This document shows positions 1 through 10,711 of a stretch of DNA of 64,000 bases, one piece after another; the stretch's first letter is position 1; each line of letters starts with the position of its first letter. A program made the translations under genes and the position numbers. The stretch is from contig CAVVMW010000010.1 in NCBI GenBank assembly GCA_963749495.1, positions 288,001 to 352,000 on the forward strand, in the 5' to 3' direction. Origin of the DNA: an uncultured bacterium (lineage in GTDB: Bacteria > Verrucomicrobiota > Verrucomicrobiia > Limisphaerales > UBA8199). Under the pieces are notes generated by a model. That model made no database searches and was not told the origin of the DNA. It saw only the letters and a program-made list of their open reading frames with translations.

Positions 1-29
1 GCTGCGACAAAGGTCCGGAATCAGAGCGT

Positions 30-998
30 TTGGGACAGGGTCCAGACACCCCCATTTGCTTTTCGTCATTCGTCATTCGTCATTCGTCATTTCTAACGGC
101 ACTGGCGCTGGCAGTCCTGGCGACTTCAGGCTGTTCCTTCAAACGCCTGGCGGTGAACCAGGTGGGCAACGCCCTTGCCGGCAGCGGCACCACCTTCGCC
201 GCGGACGACGACCCCGAGTTGGTCAAGGCCGCCCTGCCATTCAGCCTCAAGCTCATGGAGAGCCTGCTCAGTGAGAGTCCGCGCCATCGGGGCCTGCTTT
301 TTGCCACCGCCAGCGGGTTCACCCAGTATGCCTGGGCCTTTGTGCAGCAAGAGGCCGATGAAGTGGAAGACAAGGACGTTGGCAGGGCGGCGGAGTTGAG
401 GGCGCGGGCGCGCCGGCTGTATCTGCGGGCGCGCGATTACGGCCTGCGGGGGCTGGAGAGCGGCCACGCCGGCTTCCGCACGGCGCTGGAGCGTGCCCCG
501 GCCGGGGCCGCCCGGGCCGCCCGCGCCAAAGATGTGCCGTTGCTCTATTGGACTGCGGTCTCCTGGGCCGCGGCCGTATCCGTCGGCAAGGACAATCCCA
601 ACCTGGTCGCCGACCTGCCCAAGGTCGAGGCGCTCATAGACCGGGCGCTCGAGTTGAACGAGGGCTTCGACTCGGGGGCCATTCACTCTTTCCTCATCAC
701 ATACGAGATGAGCCGGAGCCAGGGCCAGGGCGACCCTGCCGCGCGCGCCCGGCAGCATTTCAAGCGCGCGGTCGAATTGAGCCGCGGGCAGATGGCCGGA
801 CCGTTCGTCTCCCTGGCGGAATCGGTCTCCGTGCAGCGCCAGGACTCGGCCGAGTTCAAGGCCCTGCTCGAGCGCGCCCTGGCCGTCAATCCCGATGCGA
901 AACCCGACTGGCGCCTGGCCAACCTCATCGAGCAGCGCCGCGCCCGCTGGCTGCTCGGGCACCTCGATGATCTCTTTTTGAAGACAAACAAGGAGTGA
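30..998 (+). CDS. TRAP transporter TatT (T component) family lipoprotein
   Basis: Lipobox-like LATSGC, helical TPR-like body, directly upstream of dctP and dctQM. Start uncertain: frame is open to the window edge and the N-terminus runs through a TTCGTCA array. Confidence 0.8.
   Translation: MGQGPDTPICFSSFVIRHSSFLTALALAVLATSGCSFKRLAVNQVGNALAGSGTTFAADDDPELVKAALPFSLKLMESLLSESPRHRGLLFATASGFTQYAWAFVQQEADEVEDKDVGRAAELRARARRLYLRARDYGLRGLESGHAGFRTALERAPAGAARAARAKDVPLLYWTAVSWAAAVSVGKDNPNLVADLPKVEALIDRALELNEGFDSGAIHSFLITYEMSRSQGQGDPAARARQHFKRAVELSRGQMAGPFVSLAESVSVQRQDSAEFKALLERALAVNPDAKPDWRLANLIEQRRARWLLGHLDDLFLKTNKE
62..91. repeat. (TTCGTCA)n heptamer array; other copies near 4305, 4426, 9443(-), 9593, 38856(-), 38914, 39034, 43433
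   Basis: Tandem units read directly. Confidence 0.95.
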
Positions 999-1045
999 GA
1001 GCGCCGTCCGAGAACACCCTGCATTGGGAAGCTGGGTTCCATCGC

Positions 1046-1112
1046 CGAAATCCGAAATCCGAAATCCGAAACAAATTCAAAATTCAAAAAAGAAATGCCC
1101 AAAACTCGTTCG
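1046..1112. repeat. (CCGAAAT)n plus A-rich tail element; second copy at about 44948-45017
   Basis: aatccgaaatccgaaatccgaaacaaat..aaaattcaaaa...aaatg..caaaactcgttcg present at both loci. Confidence 0.9.
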
Positions 1113-2157
1113 CCAATCCGATTTCGAATTTCCAAAGTCTGTCCGCTCCTGGTTGGTGTGCTCCTGTGCTGCCTGGCCGGCCCGGTGACGGGACTTTGGG
1201 CGGCGGAGAGGGCGGTCCGCATCAACCTGGGCACCCTGGCCCCGCGCGGCTCGGTCTATCACCAGTCGCTGCAGGTCATGGGTGAGGCCTGGCGCCAGGC
1301 CCCCGGCGGCGGCGCGCGCCTGGTCATTTACCCCGACGGGACACAGGGCGGGGAGGCCGACATGGTCCGGCTGATGCGGGTGGGGTCTTTGCAGGCGGCG
1401 CTGCTCACGGCCGTGGGCCTGGCCAACATCGAACCGGGCGTGGCGGGCCTCCAGGACGTGCCCATGCTCTTCCGCGACCTCGACGAGTTCGAGTACGTCA
1501 ACGACAGGTTGCGGCCCCAGTTGGAGAAGCGCATGGCGGACAAGGGATTCGTGGTCCTGTTTTGGGGGGACGCCGGCTGGGTCCGTTATTTCTCGAAGGA
1601 GCCCCTGCGAACCCCCGAGGACCTGAAGCGCATGAAGATTTTCGTTTGGGCCGGGGATTCCGACCAGGTTCTCGATCATGCGCAAGGCCGGCCTGACGCC
1701 GGTGCCGCTGGAGACCGGGGACATCCTGCCCGGACTGCAGACTGGCTTGATCAACACGGTGGCCACGCCGCCGATCTACGCGCTGGCCACCCAAGTGGAC
1801 CTGCGCGCCCCCAACATGCTGGATCTGAACTGGGCGCCCCTGGTCGGCGCCTGCGTCGTCACAAAGCAGGCCTGGGACAGGCTCGGGCCCGCCACCCGCG
1901 AGGCGCTGCTGGCTGCCGCCACCCGCGCCGGCAAAGAAATCCGCACCAACAGCCGCAAGGAAAATGACCTGGCTGTGCCCGCTATGCAGAAACGCGGTCT
2001 CAAGGTCCATACGCTGGACCCTGAAACCATCGAGCAATGGCGCCGGGAGGCCGAAAAGACCTATCCGGACATTCGCGGACGCCTGGTGCCGGCCGACATC
2101 TTCGACGACGTGCAGCAGCAACTCCGGGACTATCGCGCCGCGAAGGCCAAGAAATGA
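1095..2157 (+). CDS. dctP: TRAP substrate-binding protein DctP (frameshift near 1670, likely sequence error)
   Basis: ORF 1095 has INLGTLAPRGS and GTQGGEADMV; ORF 1678-2157 continues the fold (LPGLQTGLIN). Together they make one full-length DctP. Confidence 0.85.
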
Positions 2158-2207
2158 ACATGAACACGGCAGTCGAACCGCGTGTTTGTGCTCCCCTGCG
2201 TGCCCCG

Positions 2208-2420
2208 CGCGTCGCGGAGCAACGCAGTGAAGGTAGCCATGGACCTCGGTCCACGGACTGGGGCGTGGGAATGGCAGCGCGTCGCGCAGCGACGCCTGAG
2301 GGCCTCGTGCTGACGGATGTGAATACTGTTTTCAGGCGCCGCTACGCGGCGCGGGCGGGCTTGGGCCGCGGGTCCGTGGACTCGAAGTCCACGGCTACCA
2401 TCACGCACCGCTACGCGGTG
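2208..2420. repeat. About 200 bp multi-palindrome (REP/MITE-like) element; copies at about 17322-17515, 17533-17744, 43231-43430, 45021-45218
   Basis: Shared cgtcgcgtagcgacgc, gtagccgtggac..gtccacgg and caccgctacgcggtg hairpins. Confidence 0.9.
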
Positions 2421-2431
2421 CCGGAATTAGG

Positions 2432-4303
2432 ATGAATGACGGTCCTTCCTGCGCTGTGGGCGGCTGGCGCGGCGCCCTGCGGACGGCTGAGGACCTGACG
2501 CTGGTCCTGCCGTTGCTGGCGCTGATGGCGCTGCCGCTGAGCGAGATGGTGTTGCGCCGGTTCCATACCGGGATTGCCGGCGCGGCGGGCTTCGTCCAGC
2601 ATTGCACCCTGATTCTCGGCATGCTCGGCGGCGCCATTGCCGCCCGCGAGGGCCGGTTGCTTTCTTTCTCGACGGTCTCCAGCTTCCTCAAGGGCAGGGC
2701 CAAAGCCGCCGCCCTGATCCTGAGCAGTGGCGCGGCGGCGGCCATCAGCGCCTTTCTCTGCGTCGCCAGCACCCGGTTCGTGCTGAGCGAAAAGAGCGGC
2801 GGCGGCATTCTGGCCTACGGCATACCGTTGTGGGTCGTGGAATTGGTCATGCCCGCCGGGTTCGGTTTGATCGCCCTCCGGTTGGTCTGGCACGCGGCCC
2901 CGGGTTGGAAGGGGCGTCTGCTGACCTTGCTGCTGGCGGGGGCGGTCATGGCGGCGGGCGCCCAGTCGGCCATCGCGCCGGAGAAGCTCCTGGCGCCAGC
3001 CTTCGCGGGCCTCCTGCTGGCCATCATCCTTGGGGCGCCGGTCTTCACGGGAATTGGCGGGGCGGCGCTGATTCTGTTCTGGGCGGACCAGTCTCCGATC
3101 ACGGCGATTGCCTTGAAGCACTATTCGCTGGTGACCCACCCGTCGCTGCCCACGATCCCGCTGTTTACGCTGGCGGGTTATTTTCTGGCCGAGAGCGGGG
3201 CCTCCAGGCGATTGATCGGCCTGTTCGAGGCGCTGTGCGGCTCGTGGCGGGGCGGGCCGGCCATTGCCACGGCGCTGGTCTGCGCCTTTTTCACTTCGTT
3301 CACGGGGGCGTCGGGGGTGACCATCCTGGCGCTGGGCGGATTGCTCATGCCGGTCCTGCTGGCGGCCCGTTACTCGGAGCGGGACGCCCTGGGGTTGCTG
3401 ACCGGCGCGGGGTCGCTGGGGCTGCTCTTCCCGCCCTGCCTGCCGGTGATTCTCTATTCGATTGTGGCCGGCACAGCCATGGCCAACCTCGGCGCTGCCC
3501 AGGCGGCCGCGGGCAGCGTGACGATGGAGAAGATGTTCCTGGGCGGGCTGCTGCCCGGCATCCTGATGCTGGTGCTGGCGGCCTGGTGGGGAATTAGCCG
3601 CCAACCCCGCGAAGGCATTTCGGCCAAGCCCTTCAGTCCTGCGGAGAGCCGTCGCGCGGTCTGGGAGGCCAAGTGGGAGTTGCTGACGCCGCTCGTCGCC
3701 ATGGGCGCGCTCTTCGGCGGATTTGCCACGCCGGTCGAGGCCGCCGCCATCGTGGCGCTCTACGCTCTGGCCGTGAGCATGGTCATCCACCGGGACTTGC
3801 ACCCGGTCAAGGACTTGCCCCGGGTCATCCGGGAGTGCGGACTGCTGGTCGGCGGCGTCCTGCTCATCCTGGGCGTGGCGCTTGGTTTTACGCATTACCT
3901 GGTCCAGGCGCAGGTGCCCGACCAATTGGTCCAATGGGCCACTGGCGCCATTAAGTCCAAGTGGCTCTTCCTGCTCGGGCTGAACCTGGTGTTGCTGCTG
4001 GTCGGCGGGCTCATCGAGATCTACGCCGCCATTGTCGTGGTGGTCCCGCTCCTGGTCCCGGTTGGGCTCGCCTTCGGCCTGGATCCGGTTCACTTGGGGG
4101 TGATCTTTCTGGCCAACATGGAACTGGGTTTCCTGGCCCCGCCCGTCGGGCTGAACCTGCTGCTCTCCTCCTACCGCTTCAACCGGCCCATCCTCGAGGT
4201 CATGCGGGCGACATTGCCAATGTTATGCGTCTTGCTCGCAGGCGTCCTGCTCATCACCTACTTTCCCCCGTTGACCACCTGGCTGCCTCATTTGTTCAAG
4301 TAA
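2432..4303 (+). CDS. TRAP transporter fused small/large permease DctQM
   Basis: Very hydrophobic 623 aa with DctM motifs IPLFTLAG, FTSFTGASG, ELGFLAPPVGLNL. Confidence 0.9.
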   Translation: MNDGPSCAVGGWRGALRTAEDLTLVLPLLALMALPLSEMVLRRFHTGIAGAAGFVQHCTLILGMLGGAIAAREGRLLSFSTVSSFLKGRAKAAALILSSGAAAAISAFLCVASTRFVLSEKSGGGILAYGIPLWVVELVMPAGFGLIALRLVWHAAPGWKGRLLTLLLAGAVMAAGAQSAIAPEKLLAPAFAGLLLAIILGAPVFTGIGGAALILFWADQSPITAIALKHYSLVTHPSLPTIPLFTLAGYFLAESGASRRLIGLFEALCGSWRGGPAIATALVCAFFTSFTGASGVTILALGGLLMPVLLAARYSERDALGLLTGAGSLGLLFPPCLPVILYSIVAGTAMANLGAAQAAAGSVTMEKMFLGGLLPGILMLVLAAWWGISRQPREGISAKPFSPAESRRAVWEAKWELLTPLVAMGALFGGFATPVEAAAIVALYALAVSMVIHRDLHPVKDLPRVIRECGLLVGGVLLILGVALGFTHYLVQAQVPDQLVQWATGAIKSKWLFLLGLNLVLLLVGGLIEIYAAIVVVVPLLVPVGLAFGLDPVHLGVIFLANMELGFLAPPVGLNLLLSSYRFNRPILEVMRATLPMLCVLLAGVLLITYFPPLTTWLPHLFK

Positions 4304-4498
4304 CTTCGTCATTCGTCATTCGTCATTCGTCATTCGCCATTCCTCATTCTTCGCGCCTCAATCCAGACCCAACGTTCCCACCGGAACACTCCGCACTCCG
4401 CATTCCGCACTCCGCATTCAGTCCATTCGTCATTCGTCATTGCTGGCCCCCCCAAAAATCTTCTTGCCCTGTCCCGCTGGCGGGCGCATAAGACCCGC

Positions 4499-5509
4499 AT
4501 GTTTATGAAGCATCTATCAGGAGTGTTGGCCGGCGCGTTCATCTTGGGCGCGGCATCATGCGCGGCGGTGGCTGCGGAGAACCCTTATCTGGGCGCCTGG
4601 GCCCTGACGTTGCCCGGCGGCGAGCCCGCCTGGCTGGGCGTTGAGGAGGCCAACGGCCGCCTTCAGGCCAGCATAATGTGGATCGGCGGCAGTGTCGTGC
4701 CGGTGACCTCGGTCAAGGTCGAGGATGGCAAGCTGGTGGTGACCCGCAGCCAAACCATCCGGAGCACCGAGGGCGGCAAGCGCGTTAGGAAGACCATCGT
4801 CGAAACCATCACTGCCACCGCAGATGGCGATGCGCTTCAATTGGAGCGCGTCATGCCGCGCGCCAACGGCCAGGGCGAAGACAAGATGACGTTTTCCGGC
4901 AAACGAACGCCACCCGTGCCCGCCGCGCCCAACCTGGACAGCGTCAAGTTCGGCGACCCCATCCAACTCTTCAACGGCACCGACCTCACGGGCTGGCGCC
5001 TGACCGATCCAAACGCCGTCAACGGCTGGAGCGTCAAGGACGGCCTCCTGGTCAATAACACGGTCCAGGAAGAAGGCAAGCCCCACAAGAACTATGGCAA
5101 CCTGCGCACCGATAGGGAATTCGAGGACTTCAACCTCAAGGTCGAGGTCCGGGTCGGCAAAGACGAAAACAGCGGCGTCTATTTGCGCGGCATTTATGAA
5201 GTCCAGGTGGCCGACACCTACGGGCGTCCTCCCGACCCCCACAACATGGGCGCCGTTTACAGCCGGATCAAACCGACCGTTGCCGCCGAAAAGCCCCCCG
5301 GCGAGTGGCAGACCCTGGACATCACCTTTGTGGACCGCCACGCCACCGTCATTCTCAACGGCACTCGCATTATCGATAATCAGCCCGTCCTTGGCTGCAC
5401 AGGCGGCGCCTTGTGGTCCGACGTGAGCCGCCCCGGCCCCATCTACCTGCAAGGCGACCACACCGGCATCGAATACCGCAGCCTCATCCTGAGGCCGGTC
5501 GTGAAGTAG
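4499..5509 (+). CDS. Secreted DUF1080 (3-keto-disaccharide hydrolase-like) protein
   Basis: Signal peptide; LFNGTDLTGW, NSGVYLRG.YEVQV, GPIYLQGDH. Confidence 0.9.
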   Translation: MFMKHLSGVLAGAFILGAASCAAVAAENPYLGAWALTLPGGEPAWLGVEEANGRLQASIMWIGGSVVPVTSVKVEDGKLVVTRSQTIRSTEGGKRVRKTIVETITATADGDALQLERVMPRANGQGEDKMTFSGKRTPPVPAAPNLDSVKFGDPIQLFNGTDLTGWRLTDPNAVNGWSVKDGLLVNNTVQEEGKPHKNYGNLRTDREFEDFNLKVEVRVGKDENSGVYLRGIYEVQVADTYGRPPDPHNMGAVYSRIKPTVAAEKPPGEWQTLDITFVDRHATVILNGTRIIDNQPVLGCTGGALWSDVSRPGPIYLQGDHTGIEYRSLILRPVVK

Positions 5510-5525
5510 GGGGGCAAAGCCTCAA

Positions 5526-5723
5526 TGAAGGCGGGGGCGACAGGGCCAGACCCCTCACCCCGGCCCTCTCCCCTTGCGAAGGGGAGAGGGAGAATTCTCG
5601 GCAGCGGCTTGAGGAAGGGGAGACGCGCGCAATTCCCAGAGACTGCCGGCGCTTCCCCCTCTCCCCTTCGGAAGGGGAGAGGGCGGGGTGAGGGGTTCGG
5701 CGGGGACTCCGTTTCCGGCTTCA
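5526..5723. repeat. REP-like element CCCCTCACCCCGGCCCTCTCCCC...GGGGAGAGGGCCGGGGTGAGGGG; copies at about 14302-14494, 19628-19826, 29019-29062, 46877-46933, 49123-49324, 50891-51177
   Basis: Inverted arms read directly at each locus. Confidence 0.92.
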
Positions 5724-5748
5724 CTCACCGATTACGTCGGGGTGTGCC

Positions 5749-7035
5749 TTATGCCTTGCCCACCGCATCGGCCTCTTTCCTCTCTGCGCTCGGGATGCCG
5801 GTGTCCGGAGACGGGAGCGGCGCCTTGGTGGTCAGGGCCAGCAGCGCGCCTGCCAGCAGCATAATCCCGCAGGTCACGAAGGCCCACTTGTAGGAACCGA
5901 ACAGGTCGCTGACCCGCCCCCCCAGGAGCGAGCCCGTTACGCCGGCGACGCCGAAGGCGGTGAAGACCAGGCCGTAGTTCACGCCGAGGTTGCGCACGCC
6001 GTAGAAGTCCGCTGTGGCCGCCGGGAAGAGGGTGAAGATAGTGCCGTAGCACAGGCCGGTGAAGGCCGAGCCGAAGACGAGCAGGGCGGGGCTTTGATAC
6101 GTGACGAACAGGAACATGTTGACGGCCTGCAGGAGGAACGCCAGGATCATCGTCTGCGTCCGGCCCAGTCGATCCGAGAGGAAGCCGCTGACGAACCGCC
6201 CGCAGGTGTTGAAGATGGCTACAATCATGACCAGCAGGTAGCCTTTATTCCAATTGGCCTGGTCCTTGGCAATGAGGGCGATATTGGCGATGATGAGCAG
6301 GCCGGCCGAGGCGGAGAGCACGAACATGAGCCAGAGCCGGTAAAACTGGCCGGTCCGGAGCATTTCCTGCCAGTCCAGGTCCCGCCGCGAGAGGGCCGCC
6401 GCCCGGGCGCCGGGCGCCGTGCCCGCCGCCGGCAGGGCCACCGTGTAGCCCGCAGGGGGATTGGCCAGGACAAGGCTCAGCAGCGAGACCAGCACGATCG
6501 AGCCGATGCCCAGGAAGAGGAATGTCTGCGCAATGCTCGTGATGCCCAGCAGCCACTTCGTCAAGGGCGACATATAGACGGCGGCAAGCCCCACGCCGCT
6601 CACCACGATGCCGGTGATGAATCCCTTGCGCGAGGGCGCAAACCATTTGATCAAGGCCGGCGTCGTGGCCGAATAGCCCAGGCCGATGCCCACCCCGCCC
6701 AGGACGCCGAAGGTGAGCAGCACGACCAGGTAGCTCGATGCAAACGAGCTGAGGACCAGCCCCGCACCGAGCATCAGCCCGCCGAGCATGGCCACCAACC
6801 GCGGGCCGGTCTTGTCCTGGGCGCGCCCGGCGAACACCATCGTGAGCGCAAAGGACGCCGTCGCGGCGGCAAACGGCAGCATCGCTTGGGTCTTGGTCCA
6901 GTGCCATTGGTCAACCAGCGCCTTGCCCATCACGCTCCAGGCGTAGAGCACTCCCAGGACCAGGTTGATGCCCAGGGCCGCCAGGACCACGCTCCAACCG
7001 CGTGCCGAAGTGCTCGAAGAAGTTGGCTTTGTCAT
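5749..7035 (-). CDS. OFA family MFS transporter
   Basis: About 12 TM segments; LGVLYAWSV, GRAQDKTGPR, FYGVRNLGVNYGLVFTAFG. Confidence 0.85.
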   Translation of the reverse strand: MTKPTSSSTSARGWSVVLAALGINLVLGVLYAWSVMGKALVDQWHWTKTQAMLPFAAATASFALTMVFAGRAQDKTGPRLVAMLGGLMLGAGLVLSSFASSYLVVLLTFGVLGGVGIGLGYSATTPALIKWFAPSRKGFITGIVVSGVGLAAVYMSPLTKWLLGITSIAQTFLFLGIGSIVLVSLLSLVLANPPAGYTVALPAAGTAPGARAAALSRRDLDWQEMLRTGQFYRLWLMFVLSASAGLLIIANIALIAKDQANWNKGYLLVMIVAIFNTCGRFVSGFLSDRLGRTQTMILAFLLQAVNMFLFVTYQSPALLVFGSAFTGLCYGTIFTLFPAATADFYGVRNLGVNYGLVFTAFGVAGVTGSLLGGRVSDLFGSYKWAFVTCGIMLLAGALLALTTKAPLPSPDTGIPSAERKEADAVGKA

Positions 7036-7166
7036 CTCCGCTGCATAACAACCCGCGCCCCGCATTGTCGAGGAAAACCATATGTTGCTTGTCTTTGCAG
7101 GGCGGCAGAGGTAAAAGGAGCCATGACTGTTCCGGCGAATGGGAACCAAGCCGACGCGAACTCGTT

Positions 7167-8474
7167 ATGTCATACACTGCGCGGCAGACTCTGAACACGA
7201 GCAACGTGCTGTCTGTGATCCTGGGCGGCGGCCAAGGCACACGGCTCTTTCCATTGACCAAGGAGCGGGCCAAGCCGGCGGTCCCGCTGGCGGGCAAATA
7301 CCGGCTGGTGGACATCCCCATTTCCAACTGCATCAACTCGGGGCTCAGGCGGGTCTATCTGCTCACCATGTTCAATTCGGCCTCGCTGCACCGTCATATC
7401 TCGCAGTCCTACAAATTCGACCATTTTGCAGGCGGTTTTGTGGAGATTCTGGCGGCCGAGAAGACCTATTCGGACACGTCGTGGTACCAAGGCACGGCGG
7501 ATGCCGTGCGCAAAAACCTCATCCACTTCATGAACCATGAGTGGGATTACCTGCTGATCCTGAGCGGGGACCAGTTGTACCGGATGGATTTCCGGCAGGT
7601 GATCGGGTTGCACCAGGACGCCGAGGCGGAAATCACGGTGGCGACGATCCCAGTGCGGCGGCAGGCGGCGCAATCGCTGGGGATCATGCAGATCGATGCG
7701 ACGCGGCGCATCACGCGGTTCGTCGAAAAGCCCAAGGACCCGGCGGTGCTCGATTCCTTGAGACTTTCCCCCGAGTGGTATCCGCAATTGGGTATCCGGG
7801 AGCAGGGCGAGCTGTTTCTGGCCTCGATGGGGATTTACGTCTTCAACCGCAGCGTGCTCGATCTGTTGTTGCGCAACACCCTCGCCGATTTCGGCAAGCA
7901 CATTATCCCCAAGGCGATCGAGAACCACCGCGTCTTTTCATCCGTGTTCGAGGGGTACTGGGAGGACATCGGCACGATTCGCGCCTTCTTCGAGGCGAAC
8001 CTCGAGCTGACCCACGAACTGCCACGGTTCAACTTCTTCGACATGGCCGCCCCGATCTTCAGCCGCCCCCGGTTCCTGCCCGGCTCGAAGATCAACGGCG
8101 CGCAGATCGACCACGCGGTGATTTCCGACGGTTGCATCATCAATCGCGCCACCATCATCCACAGCATTGTCGGGCTGCGGTGCATCGTCGGCGCCGGCAC
8201 CGTGCTCAATCGCGCCGTCCTCCTGGGCAACGATTACTACGAATCCCAAGAGTCCATTCTCCAACAGGAGAAGGCCGGCATCCCTCGCCTCGGCATCGGC
8301 CTGAATTGCCGCATCGAGAACACTATTGTGGACAAGAACTCCCGCATCGGGGACAAAGTGGTGATTTCACCCGCCGGCAAACCCGAGTCCCTCGATGGCC
8401 CCAACTTTTATATCCGCAACGGCATTGTCGTGGTCCCCAAGAACGCGATCCTCCCCCACGGAACCGTAATCTAA
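7167..8474 (+). CDS. glgC: Glucose-1-phosphate adenylyltransferase
   Basis: ILGGGQGTRLFPLT, RAKPAVP, WYQGTADAVR, GYWEDIGT. Confidence 0.97.
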   Translation: MSYTARQTLNTSNVLSVILGGGQGTRLFPLTKERAKPAVPLAGKYRLVDIPISNCINSGLRRVYLLTMFNSASLHRHISQSYKFDHFAGGFVEILAAEKTYSDTSWYQGTADAVRKNLIHFMNHEWDYLLILSGDQLYRMDFRQVIGLHQDAEAEITVATIPVRRQAAQSLGIMQIDATRRITRFVEKPKDPAVLDSLRLSPEWYPQLGIREQGELFLASMGIYVFNRSVLDLLLRNTLADFGKHIIPKAIENHRVFSSVFEGYWEDIGTIRAFFEANLELTHELPRFNFFDMAAPIFSRPRFLPGSKINGAQIDHAVISDGCIINRATIIHSIVGLRCIVGAGTVLNRAVLLGNDYYESQESILQQEKAGIPRLGIGLNCRIENTIVDKNSRIGDKVVISPAGKPESLDGPNFYIRNGIVVVPKNAILPHGTVI

Positions 8475-8503
8475 AGGCTAAAGGCGTGAAAAGAAAGGCT
8501 AAA
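8471..8503 (+). repeat. (TAAAGGC)n heptamer array; others near 8909(-), 21181, 21287(-), 25662, 25741, 27192
   Basis: Tandem units read directly. Confidence 0.92.
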
Positions 8504-8595
8504 GTTGAACAACGCGGCGCCTCGGGCCCATCTTGCCTGTTCCACCAGAGGCACAGGAGCTGCCGACGCAACCCAAGGCTGCGCGCGTGCGCTGC

Positions 8596-8822
8596 AACCC
8601 GGAGGGTTGCCAGAGGGTAGCCGGGGGTCGCGACCCCGTCGCGACCCCCGGTTAACGGTCTGAAGGGTCCTGCACCCCGGAACGGGGTGCCAGAAGACCG
8701 CGTGGTGTGCCGGTGTGCCCGGCCTTCTGGCATCCCTCCGGGATGCGGGGGCATCCTACGGCGAACCGGGGGTCTCGCTTCGCTTCGACCCCCGGCTACC
8801 TTCTTTCATCCCTCCGGGATGG
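8596..8822. repeat. Palindromic element with ccggaggg...ccctccggga arms; related copies at about 29537-29722 and 52193-52380
   Basis: Recurrent cccggagggac / gtcccgaagggac / cccttcgggac motifs. Confidence 0.75.
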
Positions 8823-8938
8823 AACTGGTGGCCCGGAACCATGTCAGGAATTCCTATCCGTGTGGTGGTACATCTCAGATGCGCCCCGGCGCCCCTCCCA
8901 CATGTCTGACTTTAGCCTTTAGCCTTTAGCCTTTTCTG

Positions 8939-9391
8939 TCACGCGGCTTCCAACTCCGGTTTGGCGCACTCCAGGCCCCAGTAGTGCGTGATGGACTGAA
9001 AGAGGTGCTCGACGGCGCGGTAGTCCATGGGCTTGACCATGTAGGCATTGGCGCCCAGTTCGTAGGCCCGGTTGATGTCGATCGAATTGTCGGACAAGGA
9101 GACGATGACGATGGGGATGCGGCGCAGGATGTGGTCGCGTTTGACCCATTCCAGGACCTCGAACCCCGTTCGGCGCGGCATCTTGATGTCCATGACCACC
9201 AGTTTGGGCAGCGGGTAAACGGCGCGATCGGCGTACTTGCCTTCGCCGCGCAGATAACTGATCGCCTCCAGGCCATCGGTCACGACCTGGAGGGGATTCT
9301 CGATTCGGGCCGTCTTGAACGCGCGCTTCACGAGGAAGATGTCGTTGAGGTCGTCCTCGACGAGCAGCACGGAGAACTCATTGGTATCCAT
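8939..9391 (-). CDS. Single-domain response regulator (CheY-like)
   Basis: VLLVEDD, MDIKMP, GANAYMVKP. Confidence 0.9.
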   Translation of the reverse strand: MDTNEFSVLLVEDDLNDIFLVKRAFKTARIENPLQVVTDGLEAISYLRGEGKYADRAVYPLPKLVVMDIKMPRRTGFEVLEWVKRDHILRRIPIVIVSLSDNSIDINRAYELGANAYMVKPMDYRAVEHLFQSITHYWGLECAKPELEAA

Positions 9392-9679
9392 AGGTCCTAG
9401 ACCATGGTTCATAAGTACCTCGCACGTCCAGTGGGCGAGGGACGAATGACGAATGACGAATGACGAATGACGAATGACGAATGACGACGCGGAGACGAGG
9501 CGGCGCCCGTCGGCACTCGGTATCGAGGCCGCCAGGTTTTGGACTGCCGCAGTCCAAAGCGCTTCGCGCCCTCCCCTGCTCGGTCCCCCTTGGTCATTCG
9601 TCATTCGTCATTCGTCATTCCGCACTCCTCCGTCCGGTCTGCCATTTACACCGCCGGTTTGGGTTGCTAAAAGACCGGG

Positions 9680-10525
9680 GTGCTTGATGATGCAACGATT
9701 TGGGACGGTTTGAAGGCGGGGCGGCGGCTGGTGCTGATTGCCGGGCCGTGCGTGATCGAGAGCGAAGGGCTGTGCCTGGAGGTGGCCGGGGGATTGAAAC
9801 GGGCCTGCGAGCGGCTGGGCATCCTGTATGTGTTCAAGGCCAGCTACGACAAGGCCAACCGGACCTCGTCGCGCTCGTTTCGGGGCCCCGGGCTGGGGGA
9901 GGGCCTGCGCATTCTGGGCCGGGTGCGGGCGCAACTGGAGGTGCCGGTCCTGACAGACGTGCACACGGAGGCCCAGGCGGCGGCGGCTGCGGCAGTGGTG
10001 GACGTGCTGCAGATCCCGGCGTTCCTGTGCCGGCAGACCGACCTGATCGCCGCAGCGGTCCGGACCGGGCGGATTGTGAATCTAAAGAAGGGCCAGTTCC
10101 TGTCGCCGGCCGAGATGGGCCAGGTGGCCCAAAAGGCAGCCAGCGCCGGCGGCCGCAGGCTGCTGCTGACCGAGCGCGGCACCAGCTTCGGCTACAACAA
10201 CCTGGTGGCGGACATGCGCTCGATACCGATCCTGCGCAAAACCGGGTTTCCGGTCATCTTCGACGCCACCCACTCGGTGCAACTGCCGGGCGGGGGCGGG
10301 GACAAATCGGGCGGGCAGCGCGAGTTTGCGCCTGTGCTGGCCCGGTGCGCCCTGGCCGCCGGGGCCGATGGACTGTTCTTCGAGACGCATCCCGAACCGG
10401 ACCGGGCCCTGAGCGACGGCCCGAACATGATCCCGTTGGCGGAGATGCCCGCCCTGCTCCAGGAGTTGCTCAGATTATGGCAAACGATGCATGTTGCGGC
10501 AGCAGAGGTTGCCGGCTTAGCATAG
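9680..10525 (+). CDS. kdsA: KDO 8-phosphate synthase
   Basis: [40 protein letters not shown]. Confidence 0.97.
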   Translation: MLDDATIWDGLKAGRRLVLIAGPCVIESEGLCLEVAGGLKRACERLGILYVFKASYDKANRTSSRSFRGPGLGEGLRILGRVRAQLEVPVLTDVHTEAQAAAAAAVVDVLQIPAFLCRQTDLIAAAVRTGRIVNLKKGQFLSPAEMGQVAQKAASAGGRRLLLTERGTSFGYNNLVADMRSIPILRKTGFPVIFDATHSVQLPGGGGDKSGGQREFAPVLARCALAAGADGLFFETHPEPDRALSDGPNMIPLAEMPALLQELLRLWQTMHVAAAEVAGLA

Positions 10526-10561
10526 GCGGCAGTGTGAGCACGTCATTGCAAGAACCTATGG

Positions 10562-10711
10562 ACTGGAAACGCCGAGAGGCAGGCAGAAAAATGGGGGCAG
10601 AAAGATGAAAAGGAAATTCATTTTTCTGCCCCCATCTTTCTGCCTGAACCTCTTCGGATTCCGGGCATTAGGGTGTGGCCTGGCGGCCCTGGCGGTCGTT
10701 TTGGCGGCGAG
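10562..10711. repeat. About 150 bp element with gcagaaa.atgggggcagaaa / tttctgcccccatctttctgc hairpin; near-copy at 18298-18447, partial copies near 17147 and 48231
   Basis: Alignment by eye. Confidence 0.88.

Noticed and set aside
8939..9604. Extended N-termini and small ORFs containing SSFVIRH, PLTPALSP or RRYATR
   Set aside because: These are translations of intergenic repeats; conserved domains start downstream.
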